A DNA stretch of 64,000 bases from Balanoglossus misakiensis (Eukaryota > Animalia > Hemichordata), in NCBI GenBank assembly GCA_040954595.2, contig CM082576.2, positions 12,651,129 to 12,715,128 on the forward strand. Direction: 5' to 3'. The translations under genes and the position numbers were made by a program. Shown here piece after piece: positions 1 to 64,000 of this stretch. Position 1 is the stretch's first letter, and every line of letters starts with the position of its first letter. The notes under the pieces are model-generated. The model saw only the letters and a program-made list of their open reading frames with translations, made no database searches and had not been told where the DNA came from.

Positions 1-3000
1 GTCGCTGGAGAGACCTCTTGATGTTATTGTATAACCGTACAAGGAGTTCAATCTGGCGAGCTGAAGTGTGTATATGCTGAGCGAGGAGCACTTGACATTT
101 TGTACAATTTGCTTCACAACCCCCTTTGTCTCTTCTGAGGAGCTTTGAGATTGGCGTTAGAAAGTCTCTCAAAGTTTTTTCCGAATGGAGTGGGATTTGA
201 TCAAGCCATCAGATACAATGAGGAGACTCCTATAGCTTAGGCCCCATTCAGCTGTCTGGAGCCATTCTGGAACCATTTTCATTCTGCTGTCGTTTGATGT
301 TATACCCGAGTCTATTTAATCAGTCTATGTCACAATATGATTGAATATGGCCACCAGGCAGTCACTCTGTTTCATGTCCTAAACTATTTCTCAGACCTGA
401 TGGAACCAGTTTCTTTCAAATTTTGTATAATTGACGTGAATTATGTATATCAAGTTGTATTGCATAATGATCGAAAATGACCTCTACTATTTGTCATTTT
501 CTTTTAATATTATTTTTAATATCCAAAGCCATAAACTTGGCGTGCCCAAACCTATTTTTCGGACACCTATACAATAGCAAGCCAGGCTAGACAAAGTACA
601 AACAAAATTGGATTTGGCTGGCAAAAGATAAAGGCCTAAAATGGCCTGTTGGCAGCCATATTGGATCATATCATGATGGCATCATTTCTTGGGAGGAATC
701 AATGTTGACAGTGGCAGAGGTGGTGGCCTTTATGATGAAGTCGGTGTTGGGGGCTAATCACTGTCAACCAATGAACAAGAGGGATTTGAAAATGTCTATT
801 AGCATGGCAGAAATAGCGTGCACTGTCTCCTTTCTGGTGACCTCTCTGACACCACACGAGACACGTGCAGACGAAATGAACCTTGCAAGCTAATTCTAGA
901 TTTGAGATGACAAACGGTGATGGAATGCCCGTCGACTGTGGACAGCTGATAGTGTTGGGGGCGAGGCAATCAACAGCTGACTGCTGTCCACGAAACTCCG
1001 GCAAAATCCAGCAAATAAATGCGAGATCGCGCATGCCATTCATACTGAATAATTTGTAGATTGATTTGTTTCATGTATTTTCATCAACTTTTAATGAATT
1101 TTCATTCAGCTTCTAGCGAAGCTTGACTTCCTGAAATAGGCAATTCATGTGACGTTTTCTGTTTGTCATTTCGAATGACCTGTTGTCTGGATCCACTTGT
1201 TGGCCAATTAATTTACGCAAAATAGGGATTTCGTGACATCATCATTACTGCCACCTCCAACAGTGTGAAACATATCAATTTAATTTGAAATATACAGGAT
1301 GGAAAAGAATATTTCACTCTGTCACAATGAATTATTTGACCATACCGGTAAAGTCATCTGTTATGACGTAGTTTAGATTTAAGCAAATATTGAAAAAAGA
1401 AGAACTGTGTCAACTCGTTCTGAATCTACCTACTAACCAGCATTCAAAAATACATTGAATGAAAATTCTTTTGAAATTAAATGTTCATTTCCGGTCTCAA
1501 GTCATTTCAAAATGTCAATACAGTTAAAAAAAGAAATTGTGAAAGCTATGTCTGTGATTGAATGAATGAACGTTGATTGTTTTATTCGGAGAAAAATACA
1601 CAAATTAAGTTATTTTGGGAAACACATGTGAATTAAATATGGAATCTATTTTGAGGCAGCTAGCCTCAGGATTCAATCCATCAAATCTATTTCTAATTCA
1701 GTCTGTCACTGAGAAATGGCAAAAATTATATTTTTACCGGGAAATGACAAAAAAAAAAAAACATTCTCCGTAAAATAATTCAGACTGTTTGCCATTTGCC
1801 CAATCATATGATACAGCATATGTGTAGAAAACAGGAATAAATATTGCTTTGATTTGTCTTAAATGTTTTCTAAACAGATGTCAATTTAATACGGTATTTA
1901 GTCCAAATCCCTGCATCTGTTACATAAAGCTGAGTGACTGAACGGCCATAATGTTTTACCACAAATCAAAAGGAGCTCTAGTTTTATACCAAATAGACAT
2001 TTTTTTTAAATGGCTGGGAAGCTCACTATTATCATTTCTCACTAAGCAAGGAATGAAATTAATTAAGAAAAAATATACAGTTTTCATGACACACTTTCTC
2101 TAGCTCATAATGTGACTTCTTTGCAATACAAAAATTAATAAAAGATGCAGAATCTCAAAGTGATAATAACATTTCTGAATAAATATGAGTTATGTTCACT
2201 TGATCATAGATGGAGAAAATGTCTTTATCCTGAATGTTGGCTTGATTCATTAACTTCCCTTTTTTCATTATCGTTTGAAAAGTGACACGGGCAGTGAATC
2301 TATCTGCATTGTAATTTTTAAGCCCAGCTTAAACTTACAAGGCATCAGATATATTACAGAAACTTCATCTTACTGGATGAATGACATGTAATTTGCTGCG
2401 GACTAGTCAGCAAAAATTGATTTCTTTTCACAGAAGACGTGTATCATTTGAAGTTCGGGTCATGTTTTACCTAGTCTATATCGCTGTCATACATCATAGA
2501 GAGTTATTGTGTCATGTTTCGTGCACATGATAAAATGACATTTTATTTTCAATGGTAATCTTAAGGACATCATCGACAAAGTGGAAGAAAGAATGCAATA
2601 TTCTGTTCTGGTAATAGAAGATCAGCATGTTTATTGCAAAATGTTCAATGGAAATATGATTCAATTTTTATGATGGACAGGTGGAAAAATGTGGGCTGTA
2701 TTAATATTTGATCACATTCACCCCACTTGCACTGTGAACAAAATGCAATATGCAAGAGATGTTTAAAATTAAATGACAAACTGTACACGAACCAGCTCAG
2801 GTTGTCGTACTTTGCCGGTAATTTCCAGTTTGCTGTTAGCTTGTACGGTAAGACTGCTGCATGAAGACATTTCATCCGCATACCACCACAGAAACATTAT
2901 TAAGAATTCACATTTGCTAGTTTTGCTGTTTTCCATAAGACCTTTTGTCATTCTACTTCTGTTCTGCTCTTTATGCAATTTCTCAAATAAACTACTAATT

Positions 3001-3040
3001 GAAGTGTTTTTCTTCTTTTAAAATTTTGTTCTTTTCACAG

Positions 3041-63792
<60,752 letters not shown>

Positions 63793-64000
63793 GTAGGTGT
63801 CATATCTGTTGTATACACTGAGTTTACATTGATCTTACAGAGGTGTAGAATATATGTATGGCCTCTTGTGCCGTGCATCGCAAGGGTCATTTGGACATGA
63901 CCTTTATTAACACAAATTTAGCTCAGATGGTAAAAATGTGTAAATGTGAACACTGTCAAATTGTATCCTTGTAGATTTTGTTGACACTGTCAGTAGATAA

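Noticed and set aside
1-210. Stop-free minus-strand frame (WLDQIPLHSEKTLRDFLTP...RLYNNIKRSLQR) running off the window edge; possible nested gene
   Set aside because: No ATG, no recognisable domain or clear splice sites, and truncated by the window.
656-673. 18-bp match ccatattggatcatatca to the reverse complement of 54889-54906
   Set aside because: Most likely fragments of a dispersed repeat; 54 kb apart and too short to infer pairing or function.
699-1043. 114-aa minus-strand ORF in a GC-richer patch
   Set aside because: No recognisable similarity; compatible with a chance ORF or a non-coding element.

Overview
Eukaryotic, AT-rich and intron-dense genomic DNA from an invertebrate animal. 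The TACATGTA-rich introns and TTAA/TA-flanked miniature DNA transposons suggest a marine invertebrate such as a hemichordate, but this is inference. Almost the whole window is one + strand gene, a ryanodine receptor (RyR, the ER/SR Ca2+-release channel). I traced by hand 108 phase-compatible core exon positions from 3041 to 63792, about 13.3 kb of CDS and about 4,425 codons with no internal stop. They cover the N-terminal domain, SPRY1-3, RyR repeats 1-4, the junctional and bridging solenoids, the CaM-binding segment, the core solenoid with its Ca2+-site residues, the EF-hand pair and the start of DR1. The first exon(s) and the transmembrane/pore exons lie outside the window. The most notable signal is a layer of predicted alternative splicing that the ORF track misses: (1) a tandemly duplicated, probably mutually exclusive exon pair with opposite-charge tails just upstream of the CaM-binding site; (2) an array of in-frame cassette exons inside the PKA/CaMKII phosphorylation loop; (3) an 18-nt microexon at the same position, phase and length as vertebrate RyR1 ASII; (4) further 12-, 30- and 33-nt microexons; (5) a GC-AG intron. 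Introns also carry Kolobok-, Tc1/mariner- and piggyBac-like non-autonomous elements and microsatellites. All alternative exons are predictions from splice signals and frame only; no expression data are available.
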